Below are positions 24,419 to 44,458 of a DNA stretch of 64,000 nt, one piece after another (within the stretch, counting starts at the first letter, position 1; the number at the start of each line of letters is the position of its first letter). Made by a program: the position numbers and the translations under genes. Source of the DNA: Piromyces finnis finn (taxonomy: Eukaryota; Fungi; Neocallimastigomycota); contig MCFH01000032.1 in the NCBI GenBank assembly GCA_002104945.1, positions 124,001 to 188,000 of the forward strand, given 5' to 3'. The notes below the pieces were generated by a model that was not told where the DNA came from, ran no database searches, and saw nothing but the letters and a program-made list of their open reading frames with translations.

Positions 24419-25506
24419 TGATGCGTTGACCGATATATTTGTGAATAATATAATGTTTTTAATAAATAATAAATTCTATATTATAATGATGAAACAATAA
24501 ATTTAAAATAAAATAAAATATGTTTTATAATTAACAAATAAATCACTCAAAACTCGAAAATAAACTCTTATTATGTTTTAAATTAAATTTTTATTATATT
24601 TTATAATTTATTTATTATCTGTTTATGGTCTTTTTATTCTCTATTTATTGTCCGCCCTTTATAAAGAAGAATTTTATCTTCCTTTTATACATTTTCATTT
24701 ATTACATGTATTATTATTTTTAACTATTAAATGTTATTATTACTATTGTTATTATTTATTAAAATTAAAAGAATAAATTAAAATTATGTCTTAGTATTAT
24801 AAAATATTATAGAATATTACTTATTTAATTTTCTTATTACTTCAAAATGTTTAAATTTAGAAAAATTATTATAAATTATCATTGACTATCATTAAATGTA
24901 TAATACCTTGAATAAAATAATTAAAATTTAAAATTAAAATAATATTAAAATAAAATTAAAATGAAATTAAAATATTAAAAGTATCAATTATTATAAACAC
25001 TCATTTTATACAGAAACATAAAAGAGTTCTGTATTTTATCTTTGGAATTGTTATTATTGTTCTATTTCCAGGTTTTAAGTTTATCATTTTAGTAATAATT
25101 ACTCAATTAGTTATTTTTTTTAATTTATAAGTTTAAGAGTATTTCTAAAGAACACTTGGATAAACACTAGAATTAATAATTTGATGTATATCATTTTATT
25201 TTTAGTTTATTTATTCATTTTTATTTATTTATTATTATTTTATTATTTTAGTACATTATTGGATTAAGTCGTTTTATTTTATTTAATAATTTATTTTATT
25301 ATTATCACTATTAGGTCGTTTTTACTCAGAATTTATTATATAATAAAGATAATATTATTTATTTAAAGAAAGGGTTATATTTTCATAAAATTATTATTCA
25401 TTCATCTTTAAGGGTTATTATTGTTTATTTTTATTATAAGTTACTATGGGTTAAGTCGTGTTTATTCAGCTAGTTTTTATCATGTTTTTATATGAGTAGC
25501 GTATCA
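24419..25506. mobile_element. Solo-LTR-like element, family B (1088 bp), ending 15 bp upstream of tRNA-Ser
   Basis: TGATGCG...CGTATCA termini (TG...CA, imperfect inverted ends). Homologous along its length to 57696-58795 in inverted orientation. Confidence 0.85.
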
Positions 25507-25521
25507 ACAACTAAACAAATA

Positions 25522-25603
25522 GTCACTTTGGCGGAGTGGTTAACGCGGTGGCCTGCTAAGCCATTTCCCTTTGGGAGCGCAGGTTCGAGTCCTGCAGGTG
25601 ACG
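25522..25603 (+). tRNA. tRNA-Ser(GCT), second copy
   Basis: Identical to 5212-5293 except one base in the variable arm. Confidence 0.95.
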
Positions 25604-25613
25604 AATGATATTT

Positions 25614-25686
25614 GCGAAGTTGGCGCAGTCGGCAGCGCGTAAGTCTCATAATCTTAAGGTCGTGAGTTCGAACCTCACACTTCGCA
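25614..25686 (+). tRNA. tRNA-Met(CAT) elongator, second copy
   Basis: Matches 5129-5201; followed by a T-run Pol III terminator. Confidence 0.95.
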
Positions 25687-26440
25687 TTTTTATACATTAT
25701 TTAAACTACAAAAATAAAGAAATCTAAATATTTTAATGAATTACTTTTTATAAAGTTTTTTGAAATGCTCAATTCCTTTCTTTTTGTAAAAAATAATGCT
25801 ATATCTAATAAAATAGTTTTAATAAAACAACTTTAAAAATAATATTTATTTTAAAATAAATCTTATTTAATGGCTGGCTCTTTAAGAGAATTATTTAATA
25901 TTCCTCCATTCCTACATTACATTAATATTACATTTAATATTCATTACATTATTGTAATGATCATGTGTTATTATTCATAAATCTATGTTATTTTGTTTTT
26001 ATATGATAGTAAATATATTAAATGAAATAGTAGTTTTTATTACCTCTATTTTTTTTCCATTTTATTTTTTTTAAAAAAAAAGATAAAATATTAAAAAGCA
26101 CAAGTCGTCACGTTGGTGTCATAACTATAATTATTTTTTTTTTCTAAAAAGCAAAAAGGTTTGTAGAAAAAAAAAAAAGTGGAAGGATTATCTATTTAAT
26201 ATAATATCTAATAATATTGTAATGGAAGAGAAAGAGTATTAAGAAACAAACAAACAAACAAAAAAAAAAAAAAAAACAGAAAAAGAAATGGTGTAATCTT
26301 TTTTTTTGAGAGTATAGATTAAAAAAAGTTTTTTTTTTTTTTTTTTTTTTTTTTGATTAATTAAAATGAAATAATTAATAATTGAAACAATTGTAATTTG
26401 TCCCATTACATAAAAGTTAATGATAAATAAAACTTTAGTA

Positions 26441-26473
<33 letters not shown>

Positions 26474-26605
26474 TATTCTTTTCATCTTTTTTTTTTTTTT
26501 TTTTCTTAATTTTGTTAGTATTATTTTTATATATATTAACATTTTATTTTATTTTTTTTTTTTTTTTAATTTTTTTTAATAATAATAATAGTTAAAATAT
26601 ATAAT

Positions 26606-27093
26606 ATGAATCAATCTTTTATGCAATCTCAAATGGCTTCAGCACACCAAACTGTAAGTCAACAAGTTACTAGTCAACCAGCTCAACAACAAGCCGTTCA
26701 ATTCCAAACCATTCAAAATTATAATACATCAATTTTACATCCACAACCAACAAGAAATATACATACTCCTAAACCACCAGTCGGTTCAGATGAATGGTTA
26801 AAACAACGTCGTGCTAACCACAAAGAAGTTGAACGTAGAAGACGTGAAACTATTAATGAAGGTATTAATGAATTAGCTAAACTCATTCCGGAAGATGAAA
26901 AGAATAAAGGAAGAATTATTGCACGTGCTGTTCAATATATTCAACATTTAAAGGAACAAGAAACAACTAATCTTGAAAAATGGACTTTAGAAAAATTATT
27001 ATGTGAACAAGCGTAAGTTAATAAACAAATAATAATAATAATAATACTAGATATATATATATAATAAAACAAATGAACAAATGAACAAACAAA

Positions 27094-27166
<73 letters not shown>

Positions 27167-27213
27167 AATTAATTAAATAAATAAATAGAAAGTGATAAAA
27201 ATAATAGTAATAA

Positions 27214-27268
<55 letters not shown>

Positions 27269-27709
27269 TTAATATATAAAAAAGATTTAGAATATTAACA
27301 TAAAAAAAAATTTTTTTTCTTTTAATAATAATATTATTTTTAATTTTTTATTAATAGTATAAGCGAATTAAGTTTACAAGTTGAAACTTTAAAACATCAA
27401 AATTCTCAATTAAAAGCACAACTTGCTGCTTTAACCCATCAACAACAATTACAACAATTACAATCACCATATACCACTGCAACTTCTGCTACTGCTGCAG
27501 CATCTACCACCCCAACTCAATTGACTAATCCTTCATCCGTAGTCACTACCCCAACAGCTCTTCCAACTCAATTGGAAACTAATGCTCAAACAAGTACTAC
27601 TGTTTCAGCCAATGTTATTACTACTGAACCATCTGAATCATCTTCTGAAACAAAACCAAGTTCACCTGTAAAAGTAACTACTAAACTTGAACCTAAAACT
27701 GAAAATTAA
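26606..27709 (+). CDS. CBF1: bHLH-zipper transcription factor, Cbf1 ortholog; exons 26606-27012 and 27358-27709
   Basis: GSDEWLKQRRANHKEVERRRRETINEGINELAKLIP...NLEKWTLEKLLCEQA|ISELS, the fungal Cbf1 signature; GT-AG intron. Confidence 0.9.
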
Positions 27710-28221
27710 AATTGAAAATAACAGGAACTGTAACTGCAACAACAACAATTATTTAATCAATAATAATTTTTCAAGAATATATATAAAAAAAAAAACAACT
27801 TTTCATTATCGAAACTAATATTATTATTTTCATTATTAATATTTTTTTGTTAACTTGTTTTATTATTACTGTTTTATTTATATATTTTATATATTTATTA
27901 TTATTATTATTAAGAAAAAAAAAAAAAAAGATTTTTTTTTCAATTATTTTTTTTTTATAACTTTATCTAAAAGTTTTCATCATTATCGTTAATAGCTAAA
28001 ATCAGAATATACCTATTGTAATAATAGTAATACTAAGAGTAATAAAAATAATAATAATTACATTTATATATAATCTTAAACTGTATTTTGAAATACAAAT
28101 TGTAAATTTTTTCTTTAAAAAAAGTAATAATAATAAAACTAATCTTTAAAAAGTTCTTTTATAAAAAGTATAAAACTTTTATTTTTTGTATTTATTGATA
28201 TATATAATGATGTTTATGTTA

Positions 28222-31655
<3,434 letters not shown>

Positions 31656-32298
31656 TTTTATTATATAATTTAAGAATTAATGGTTAAAAAAAAAAAAAGA
31701 CTTTTTTTACTATTTTAAATATACTTTAATTTTTTTTCTTTTCCTTTAAAATTATTAAAGAAAAAAGAGGTTTATTTGGTGGTGGGTAAAAAATATGGAT
31801 GGTGATAAAAAAAAATGTTACACAAAAAATTTGAAAATTTTATATTTAATAATTCATTCTATAGAATAATCTTTTTGAAGTTTTTATTTTTATTTTAATT
31901 TTATTTTGAATAGAAGATATAAAAGTGACTTTTAAAACTATTTAATAATAGTAATACTACTACTACTACTACTGATAATAATAGTAATACTAATAATACT
32001 AATACTAATACTAATAATATTAGTAATAATAATAATACTAATAAACATATATTAAATATGTGTAATATAAAAATATCAAATGACAATGTGAATGGATGCT
32101 ATATATGAAAACTATTTACAGGATTATAATTATTAAATATTAATAATTAAAATTATAATAAAAAATATATACATAACAAATATAATAATAATCGTTTGAA
32201 TTAAAAAGATTCTCAATCTTTTTTTTAATATAATTAGTGATTTTGTTATTATTGAATAATTTGAAAAAGCTTAATATAAAGCTTTTTTTTTTTTTTTT

Positions 32299-35251
<2,953 letters not shown>

Positions 35252-36324
35252 TTTCTTTTATTAATTTTTTTTTTTAATGAAAAAGCAAAATTTTTTCTAT
35301 AATATAATTTAAATATATATATATAATATGATAATTTAATAGTTGAAACAATGAAAAGTAAAGAATAATTTTCTTTATATTTATATACATTTTTTTTTTT
35401 GACATTTTTTTATAAAAATTAGTTTTATAAAATGTATTAGGAATTATTTTTAATTATATGATAATAATAATAACGGAGTAATTTTATAAAAGTCAATTTT
35501 TTTAAAAATAGTAATATAATAAAGTGTTTAACATACATATAAAGTCAAAAAATTAAAAATTGCTTTTTTTTTTTTGACATCATTTATAAGACTATTTTTT
35601 TTATTTTTTAAATTAAACTTCTGTTGACAGTTTATGTAATTTATAATTCACCTTTTTTCTTTTTTTTTTTTTTTTTTTATATTTTTTCTTTTTTGTAAAT
35701 AAATATAAATAATTTTACTTGACTAGTTAGGAATACTATAGTCATTGTGTTTTACTAATTTTCATACTATTTTTTTTTTAATCTCTTCCTCTACCAAATT
35801 AACAATAATTCTTTATTTCATATATAAAATATATCAAAAATCTAAAATATATTTTTAAACGGTTATGCCAACAACAAGTAACAATCAACAACAACTACTG
35901 TTTTAGTTAAACTTAAAAAAAAAAAAAAATGTAATTAACTATTTTTTTTTTTTTTTTGTTATTTATTTTTTGATATTTTATGCTTTTTTTATTTTTATAT
36001 ATTTAGTTTTTTTTTTTTTTTTTTTTAATAATATACTAATATATTATTATTTACATATATTTTCTATTATTATACTTTTTATTTTATTTTAAATCTTTAG
36101 TGTTTTTTGTTTTCTATACTTTTTTTTTTATGATAAAAAGAATTATAATACCCTTTTTTTTTTTTTTTTTTTTTTTTTCTAAAGAAAGAAAAAAAAAATT
36201 GAAAATTAAATTAAAAAATCAAAAATAATAAGAAAATTATACTAATAAATTAAAAAAAAAAAAAAAAATACTTTGGAAAAAATAAAGATTTTCTAGAGCA
36301 ATTTGATTTAATGGAAAAAAAAAA

Positions 36325-38553
36325 TTATTTTGGAGTTTCTAGGGCAATTTGATTTAAAAGAGAACGTTCTTCTCTTAGGATAGATATAACAGAATTAATA
36401 TCCATTAATTTATCTTTTTCTGTAATAGAATTCTTTAATAAATCTTCTTCAAAACAAGTTAATGAAACATTAGCATTTTGAATAAGGAATTCTGCTTCCA
36501 TTGAATTACGTTTGACATGATGATTAAAAACTTCATTTCCATTCATGGCATTTAAAAGTTTTGTTCTTTCTTCTTCAATATTATAGGAATTTTGTTGAGG
36601 TACCTTTTTTGTAGGGATTCCATTTTCATTCTCATTAAATTTTTTGGAACTATTAAAGTTTCTTGGTAAAGTTTTTGAATAATGAAGATTATTAGCATTA
36701 TTGCTTAGAGGTGGTTTTTGATTTGCATATTTTGAGATCATATTATTTTGATGATTTTCTTTAGTATTATATTCTTGTCTGTTGTAGGAAGACTTGGTAT
36801 TAAATAATGCTAACTTATCACCATTGCCATAGACAAAGTCTTGACTTTGATTTCTATTGTGTCCTAAATTCTTTCCTTCTAAATCTTGCTTTTTAGAAAT
36901 ATCATCTTCGTTAGTTTTAGAATTTCTATTTTTACGACGAATTGTACAGTAGGAATTTGGGAAATTTTTTGCATCCTGTTTTATATGAATATCATGTCTT
37001 TCCATGGCATCATTTAAAACATCAGGTACCATTAATTTATCATTAATAATTTGACCTGGAAGTAATTCACCATCTGGTCCAAAGAATTTTGTAGATTTTG
37101 GCGTAGGTGGTGTTGGCAAGGCATGGTGAAAAGCAGTTAATAAAGGTGGTATTTTTACACCTGTCATATTACTAGCGGTAGTAGCAATAGAATTCATCGT
37201 ATTTACTGTATTTCCTCTTCCAAGTGATTTAAAAGAACCAATTTCATCTTCAGTACCAATTAGCGATTGAGATAAACTTCCACTTCTACTCATATTATCC
37301 ACACTCATATTACCATTGCTATTTTTATTTTCAGTATTTATACCACTATGTCCAATTGTCGTTTTTCTACTACTTGTATTTCTTGTTAGAGGACTACCAT
37401 TATACGACCTAATACTATTCTTTTTCAAGATTGATTTTGGTGTGATTGTTGTTTGTGGTGGGGGTGATGTATAATTGATGATTTCATCTAATGACGCCTT
37501 TCCCTTACTATTTAAGCTTGAACTTGAACCACCCGTTGATATTGGTGTTGGTGATTTTAATCTTTTATTTTCACCAAGAGTTGTTGCTTCCGACCTTACT
37601 TTTTCATTTTTATTTTCCTGTTCTATTTTTGATGCAATATCATCACCAATCTTTGATATTTCTTCTGTTGCTAATGTCTTTTCCGGACTACATATAACAT
37701 TATTTGTTATATATTTTGATTTTGACATTTCTTTGTTATCGATAGTAGTGTTATTGAAATGGTTTAACCAATCATTTGATAAATTATTTTTCAAGACTGG
37801 TTTTGGGAAGGCAAGATCTAAGGAAGGTGTTTCAAAGTTTAAATCAATACAGTATTTATTTGATTCATTGCTTATTTGTTTTTGAACTGACTTTTTATCA
37901 ACAGCAATGTCATTTTTTGTATTAAAATTATCATTTTGATTATCAAATAATGCTGAATTATTTTTATAGAATGCTGATTCGGAAATGATTTCAGTGGTAT
38001 TTTCATTAAATGGAAGTGTTATATGATTATCAGTCTTTAGGAATTCTGAATTTATTTGATAGAAACTATCATCCTTTTCTGATTCTGTTTGGTCAGTATG
38101 TCTATTATTCTTTTTCTTTTTTAAAAATACAAACGCTATTACAGCGATAACTAGTAACGCTACAACTGAGCCTATCCCAATAGCAACTGTAGAATTTACT
38201 GGTGATTTCTGGTCATTATTACTTATAGGTTTATTGACATCATTAGTAATTTTTGAGGGATTAATAGTTGTTTTACTTTCTGTTTGAATTGTTGATGTAT
38301 TTTGTTCTGATACTGTGGTATTAGAATCTATATTTGTATTTGCATTAGGGTCAATATTAGTATTTAAAGTTGTATCTGTAGTTGGAATTTGATTTTCATC
38401 ATAATAATCTGGAATTGGATGGGTTGGAGTTTGTATTACTTTTGGTGTTTCAGGTTCAGGTTCAGTATCATTTGGTGTTGACACTACTACTTGATTGCTT
38501 TCATCATTAGGAATATTATTTATATCATCATTAATACTATTACTAAAATCCAT
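36325..38553 (-). CDS. Single-pass membrane protein of unknown function (742 aa): Thr/Pro/Asn-rich N-terminal part, one TM helix, long disordered tail
   Basis: Long ORF; TM VAIGIGSVVALLVIAVIAFVFL followed by the KKKKNNR stop-transfer signal. No signal peptide in this ORF, so an upstream exon is possible. Confidence 0.75.
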   Translation of the reverse strand: MDFSNSINDDINNIPNDESNQVVVSTPNDTEPEPETPKVIQTPTHPIPDYYDENQIPTTDTTLNTNIDPNANTNIDSNTTVSEQNTSTIQTESKTTINPSKITNDVNKPISNNDQKSPVNSTVAIGIGSVVALLVIAVIAFVFLKKKKNNRHTDQTESEKDDSFYQINSEFLKTDNHITLPFNENTTEIISESAFYKNNSALFDNQNDNFNTKNDIAVDKKSVQKQISNESNKYCIDLNFETPSLDLAFPKPVLKNNLSNDWLNHFNNTTIDNKEMSKSKYITNNVICSPEKTLATEEISKIGDDIASKIEQENKNEKVRSEATTLGENKRLKSPTPISTGGSSSSLNSKGKASLDEIINYTSPPPQTTITPKSILKKNSIRSYNGSPLTRNTSSRKTTIGHSGINTENKNSNGNMSVDNMSRSGSLSQSLIGTEDEIGSFKSLGRGNTVNTMNSIATTASNMTGVKIPPLLTAFHHALPTPPTPKSTKFFGPDGELLPGQIINDKLMVPDVLNDAMERHDIHIKQDAKNFPNSYCTIRRKNRNSKTNEDDISKKQDLEGKNLGHNRNQSQDFVYGNGDKLALFNTKSSYNRQEYNTKENHQNNMISKYANQKPPLSNNANNLHYSKTLPRNFNSSKKFNENENGIPTKKVPQQNSYNIEEERTKLLNAMNGNEVFNHHVKRNSMEAEFLIQNANVSLTCFEEDLLKNSITEKDKLMDINSVISILREERSLLNQIALETPK

Positions 38554-41500
38554 TTCTTCTTGTCAATTATTTTTAAAAAATCTATTTTTTTTTTTTAATT
38601 TTAAAAATGGTTATGTTAATTTGGTTATATTTAATATGACTTAAAAAAATAACATTAATATCTACATATATTTATGATTAATCAAAATTAATAATTCATT
38701 AAAAACAGGATAATACTAGTCTAACTTTTTTTTTTTAAAAAAAAAAAGAAAAGAAAGAAAATAAAAAGAAAAAATAATAATAATGAATTTTGGCTATGAT
38801 ATAAAAATTTTAAATGTATATTTATTATTTTTGAGAAAATTAAAGAATTTTGATTATGGTATAAGAATTTTAAATGTATATTTATTTTTGAGAAAATTAA
38901 AGATTTAAAGTTGTTCTTATTTAACAATTAATTAGTTGTTAGTGTGCTATTAAATTCAAATTATTAAAATAAATAAATAATATATGTAAAATTTAAAGTC
39001 TTTTTCTTTATTATTTTCAGTAGTATTGTATTTAACAATTATTTTGAATTGTATTTAAATTGAAATAAAAAAAAAAATTATTTTTTATATTTTTATCTTT
39101 TTACAATGAATTACTCTGAAAACGAATAAACAAAAAGTATTACATATTTTTTTTTTCTTTACTTTCACTCAATTATTTATTTATGATAATAGATAGATAT
39201 TGATATAAATCAATTCATTAATGGTATATTAAATAATTTATTATTATTAGAAATAAATGGTTTATGGTTTATTTAGGTGTCGTTGCTGAATAACCTTTAG
39301 AAAAGGTATTATTTTATTAGAGTATTGTATGATGAATAAAAGGTATTAATGAATTTTTATTGATTAAACGTATTTTTTTTTTTTAATTTCTACTTTTTAC
39401 GATTCTATACACACACTAAAAAAAGTTTAAAAATTTTTTTTTAATTTTCTTCTATTTCAATTGTATATTTATTAAGATTTAAAATTATCTTGCTGAAATT
39501 TCATTTTAATTTTTCAGCAGTAAAAGCAGCACAATATTTTAATCCTTCACCACTTTCAACAGGCATAGAAATGCGAATCATTTATTTTTATATATTAATG
39601 AATAACTAATTAATTAATAATTTAAATTGATAATTTTTACTTTTTTATATTTTATTATATTAATTTTATATTAAAAATATTATATTAATATATTGACTAA
39701 TTAATTAATTTAAATTTATATGAATTATACAATAATTTTTTTGATGGTAATTTTTCTAATTTATGCTTTGTTCAACTAGACTACTAATAATATAAAAGGA
39801 AATTTTTAAAAGATTTTTTTATTTATTGTAGGACAAAATGCAATATAATATATTAATCATATTATTTTATTTATTACAATATATTGTATTTTACTTTTCT
39901 TCCTTTTTTGGTTATATTTAATTCATTTATTATTAAATAAAGTTTATGTATTGTGTAACTCTAAAAATAAAATAATTTAATGGCTCCATTATTCATTGTT
40001 GCTGCTATAATTCAGGTTAACTAATAAAATGTTTCACCTGCTTTTTTAGTAAAACATTTTCATATTACAAAAAATATTATGTATACATTTTTATACTATA
40101 TAACAATATTATTTTACGTTATGTATTAAATCTATTTCTTTTAGATAAAAGAATTGAATTATAAAAAGACTGATTTCTGCTGCTTCATTATTATCATTAT
40201 CTTTATCCTGTTTCTATTTTGCTATGTATTTTGGATATTTCAATGTATAAATAAATAAAAAAAAAACTTACTTTTTTTAGAGAATTCCTAGTTAATACAG
40301 AAATTGTTTTTTAATTAAGAGTTTTTATATGTATGAGAAATTGGTTTTATAAATACATTTATTTCAAAAAAGAAGTAAAATATAATAAATATTAAAATAA
40401 TTTTTCCCACTATACTTTTTTTTTTTAATTCAAAATATAGTTTAAACAATTTTTAAAACTATAATATAAAATGTTATTAAAAAGTTATTGAATTATTGAT
40501 AGTTTTAAAATTTCTTTTTTTTTAATTTAAGTATTTAAATTATTTTTAAACAATTGTTAGATATTATTATATAAATAGCATTAAATAATAATGGTATTGA
40601 TATTTTTTCAAAGGATTTTAATTTTATAATAACTATAATAAATAATAAAATTATAAATACAAATAACTAAAATTTGATTATTTACTATAATACTTTTGTA
40701 TTGTTAATTATGTAGTATATTATTCAATTTTTTTTTGAGTTGTATATAAGTCAATAATATATACAATTATTAAAAGTTATAAATTAACAGTATATACAAA
40801 ATAAATATGATTTTTTTTTTTTTTATTTTATTGAAAAGTTGTTATTTAAATAGTTTTTATTTATTTACTTATTTATTTCTTATTTTTACTTTGTGTATGT
40901 TTAGATTATATTATGATTGATATTTCTTTTTTTTTTTTTTTTAAATCTGAAATGTATGATATTATTTATATTATTTCATTTCATGATCTCTATTTGTTTG
41001 TTGGTTTAATAATATATTTAATACATTTATTGGCACCATCAAAACTAGTTGCTTTATTCTCTGTCTTTCATACAAAGAATTGCTTATTTTATTATTATTC
41101 TTGTTTTTATTTTATTCTAAATTATAATATTAAATTGAAGAGTTGATCATTTTTTAAAAGTTTTGTTAAAACTTTTTTTTTTTTATGCTTTAAAGGTTAG
41201 TAGTAGTAGTAGTAGTAGTAGTAGTACAATAACAAATAAACAAACAATTGTTAACGCACCACAACACCTCCTATAACTTTTTTTTTTCTTATTAAATTCT
41301 TTTTGTATATTTTCTATTATTAATTAAACTTTAAAAATAATTAAGATCATTTAAATTTTATTATTAAATAAAGTTTATATTTTTGGAAATTGTTATTTTA
41401 TTATTGGCTGATAGGATAAACTATCTTTTGATTTATTTAATAATATATGGTTGAGTATATTATAAATATATTAACATTTTATTGAAATGTAAATAAAAAA

Positions 41501-41612
41501 GATTAAAACGGCCTATGCATTAATTAAAAAGATAAAAGAAAAGGAAAAAAATAATAATAAAAAAAACTAATAAATTAATAATTAATATTAAATAGAATAA
41601 TAATAATTAACC

Positions 41613-42265
41613 ATACTATTACTATTACTATTACCGATTACTATTACTTTGACTATTACTATTACTTTGAATATTACTATTACTATTACTATTACTATTA
41701 CTATTACTATTACTATTACTATTACTATTACTATTACTATTACTATTACTATGACTATTACTTTGACTATTACTATTACTATTACTATTACTATTACTAT
41801 TACTATTACTATTACTATTACTATTACTATTACTATTACTATTACTATTACTATTACTATTACTATTACTATTACTATTACTATTACTATTACTATTACT
41901 ATTACTATTACTATTACTATTACTATTACTATTACTATTACTATTACTATTACTATTACTATTACTATTACTATTACTATTACTATTACTATTACTATTT
42001 TTACTATTACTATTACTATTACTATTACTATTACTATTACTATTACTTTATATTACTATTACTATTACTATTACTATGACTATGACTATGACTATTACTA
42101 TTACTATTACTATTACTATTACTATTACTATTACTATTACTATTACCGATTGCTATTACTATAACTATGACTATTACTATGACTTTGACTATTACTATTA
42201 CTATTACTTTGACTATTACTATTACTATGACTTTGACTATTACTATTACTATTACCGATTACTAT
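41613..42265. repeat. About 650-bp (TATTAC)n hexanucleotide array with TGAC-containing variants
   Basis: Read directly from the sequence; source of the spurious (IT)n ORFs. Confidence 0.96.
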
Positions 42266-42278
42266 TATTATTAATTAA

Positions 42279-42313
<35 letters not shown>

Positions 42314-44037
42314 AATAATTAATATATAATTAGTATTAGTATTGACAATGATTAAATAGTATAATAAATGAACTTTACTATTATATTAATTAAAATCATT
42401 AAATTATAATACTTTTTAATATTATTTAATTATGATTATTTTTTCATAATCCACTATTACTTTTGGATAATCCACTAATTATAATAATAAGTATATAATT
42501 TAATTTGATAGTTAAGGATGAGTATTTTGTTGATATGATTTTATATAACCTTTAACCATATTACTATTTTGAAAAAGAAATATAATTGTTGTAGTTTATT
42601 TTTAATAGAATAAAATATATTATATTTTATAGTTTTTTTTTTTTTTTTTTTTTTTTTGAAATAGCAATAGGTAATATTATAAAAATGTCTTTTAAAAAAT
42701 TTAATATACTTCATTATTAGATTTAAATAAATAAATAAAACCCATTCAAATTAATATATATTTTTTAAAATGGATTATTAGTAGTAGTATTGATTTATTA
42801 TTAAAAAATATGATGAAAATCAACATCCATTACAACATTATTATCACTTGGATTTGATATTATTTTAAACTTTAATTGTCTATAATTTTCTTTTTAATAA
42901 TATTATTATTATTCAACATTGGAATTACGCTTACTTAAAAAAAGTAGCATTAATTATTTGAAAATTTTAATAAACTTAAATTACTATTAAAATGTAAATG
43001 ATATGATTTATTTCTTTTTCTTTTTTTTTTCTTTTTTTAATTCATCCTTTGCCAAATTTTTTTCATAGTTATACTATTTATTGTATATAAATATATTCAT
43101 TTCCATACTATCATTCTATGCCTAACCTCTTATTTTTATGACAAGAATTTTATTTTTTAATTTGACAGCACAAGTAGAACCAAGAAAAAATTATATTTGA
43201 AATTTAAATAATTTTGGGTCAAGATTAAATCTACAAATTTTTAATTTAATGAGGAAAGTGGTGGTGAGGGGTTTAAACTATTTTTTCTTTTTTTTTTAAG
43301 CAATACATTCAATAGTTGTATTCTTACTATTTTTATTAAAGAACGTTTATCATTGTATACTTGAACTTTTTTTTTAACAATTCAATAGTTATATTTCTTT
43401 ATAAAAAAAAAAAAAAAGCATTCGTTTTTGCTATTTAGTTGTTCAAAGATATATTTCATTTCATCTTTAAAGTTCATTAGTAAAAAAATTTCAACCAATT
43501 AAATGCAAGAAAAATAAATTAAAAAAGTTGACAAAATTTTCTTATTTTGATTTATTTTTACAAAGAAAAAAGCATTATTTTTATTTTTTTTATATATATA
43601 GTAAATAAAGTCATTGACAGATTCATTTCAATTTCATTCCTGCTTTTTTTTTTTTTTTTCATATATATAGTTACCTTCTATAATAAAAAAAAAAATAAAA
43701 ATAAAATAAATAATAAATTAATGAATATTAATTTATTATTACCACATATACCATTTTTATTTAAATTAATATTAATAAGGAATGAATTGGTGTATATAAA
43801 TTATAAATTATTCCAAAAAAAAAAAAGAAAAAAAAAAATATTAATTTGTAAATAAATAGAAAAAAGCTTAAAAGGTTTAGAATTATTTTCCAATGTTTTC
43901 AAATATTAGCGCAATCTTTGTCAATTATTAATCATTTTTAATTATTTGTTAATGTAAACACAAAAGAATATTCATTAAACTATTCAATTTCAATTTATAT
44001 TAAATTTGAAACACACCATACACACATCACACATCCA

Positions 44038-44073
<36 letters not shown>

Positions 44074-44092
44074 CACATATATATATAAAGCA

Positions 44093-44382
44093 ATGTGTAG
44101 TAATTCAAATAAAAATAGAAAAAAGGTTTCACAAGCCTGTGAAAAGTATGTATACAACTGTTATAATGTTATTATTTATGTTCTTTTCAATTTTATATCT
44201 TTATTTGTTTATTTATTTTTAATACGGATTTATTATTTTCATAAATAGTTGTAGAATTAAAAAAACAAAATGTTCTGGAGAAAAACCAAAATGCGATAAA
44301 TGCACCCATCTTAATATTGAATGTATTTACAATACTACTACTAAAAAAAGAGGTAATGATATTTTATATGCTTATTATTATG

Positions 44383-44458
<76 letters not shown>

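Noticed and set aside
26104-26114. GTCACGTT upstream of CBF1 as an autoregulatory site
   Set aside because: It has one mismatch to the RTCACGTG consensus and is a single occurrence, so it is not supportable.
38790-38905. Two-copy tandem repeat of about 57 bp (and an 18-bp tandem near 13290-13335)
   Set aside because: Local slippage duplications in AT-rich intergenic DNA with no further structure.
41649-42312. (IT)n and poly-Tyr ORFs; possible CRISPR-like or telomeric array
   Set aside because: Simple hexamer repeat with no unique spacers and no telomere-type G-rich motif.
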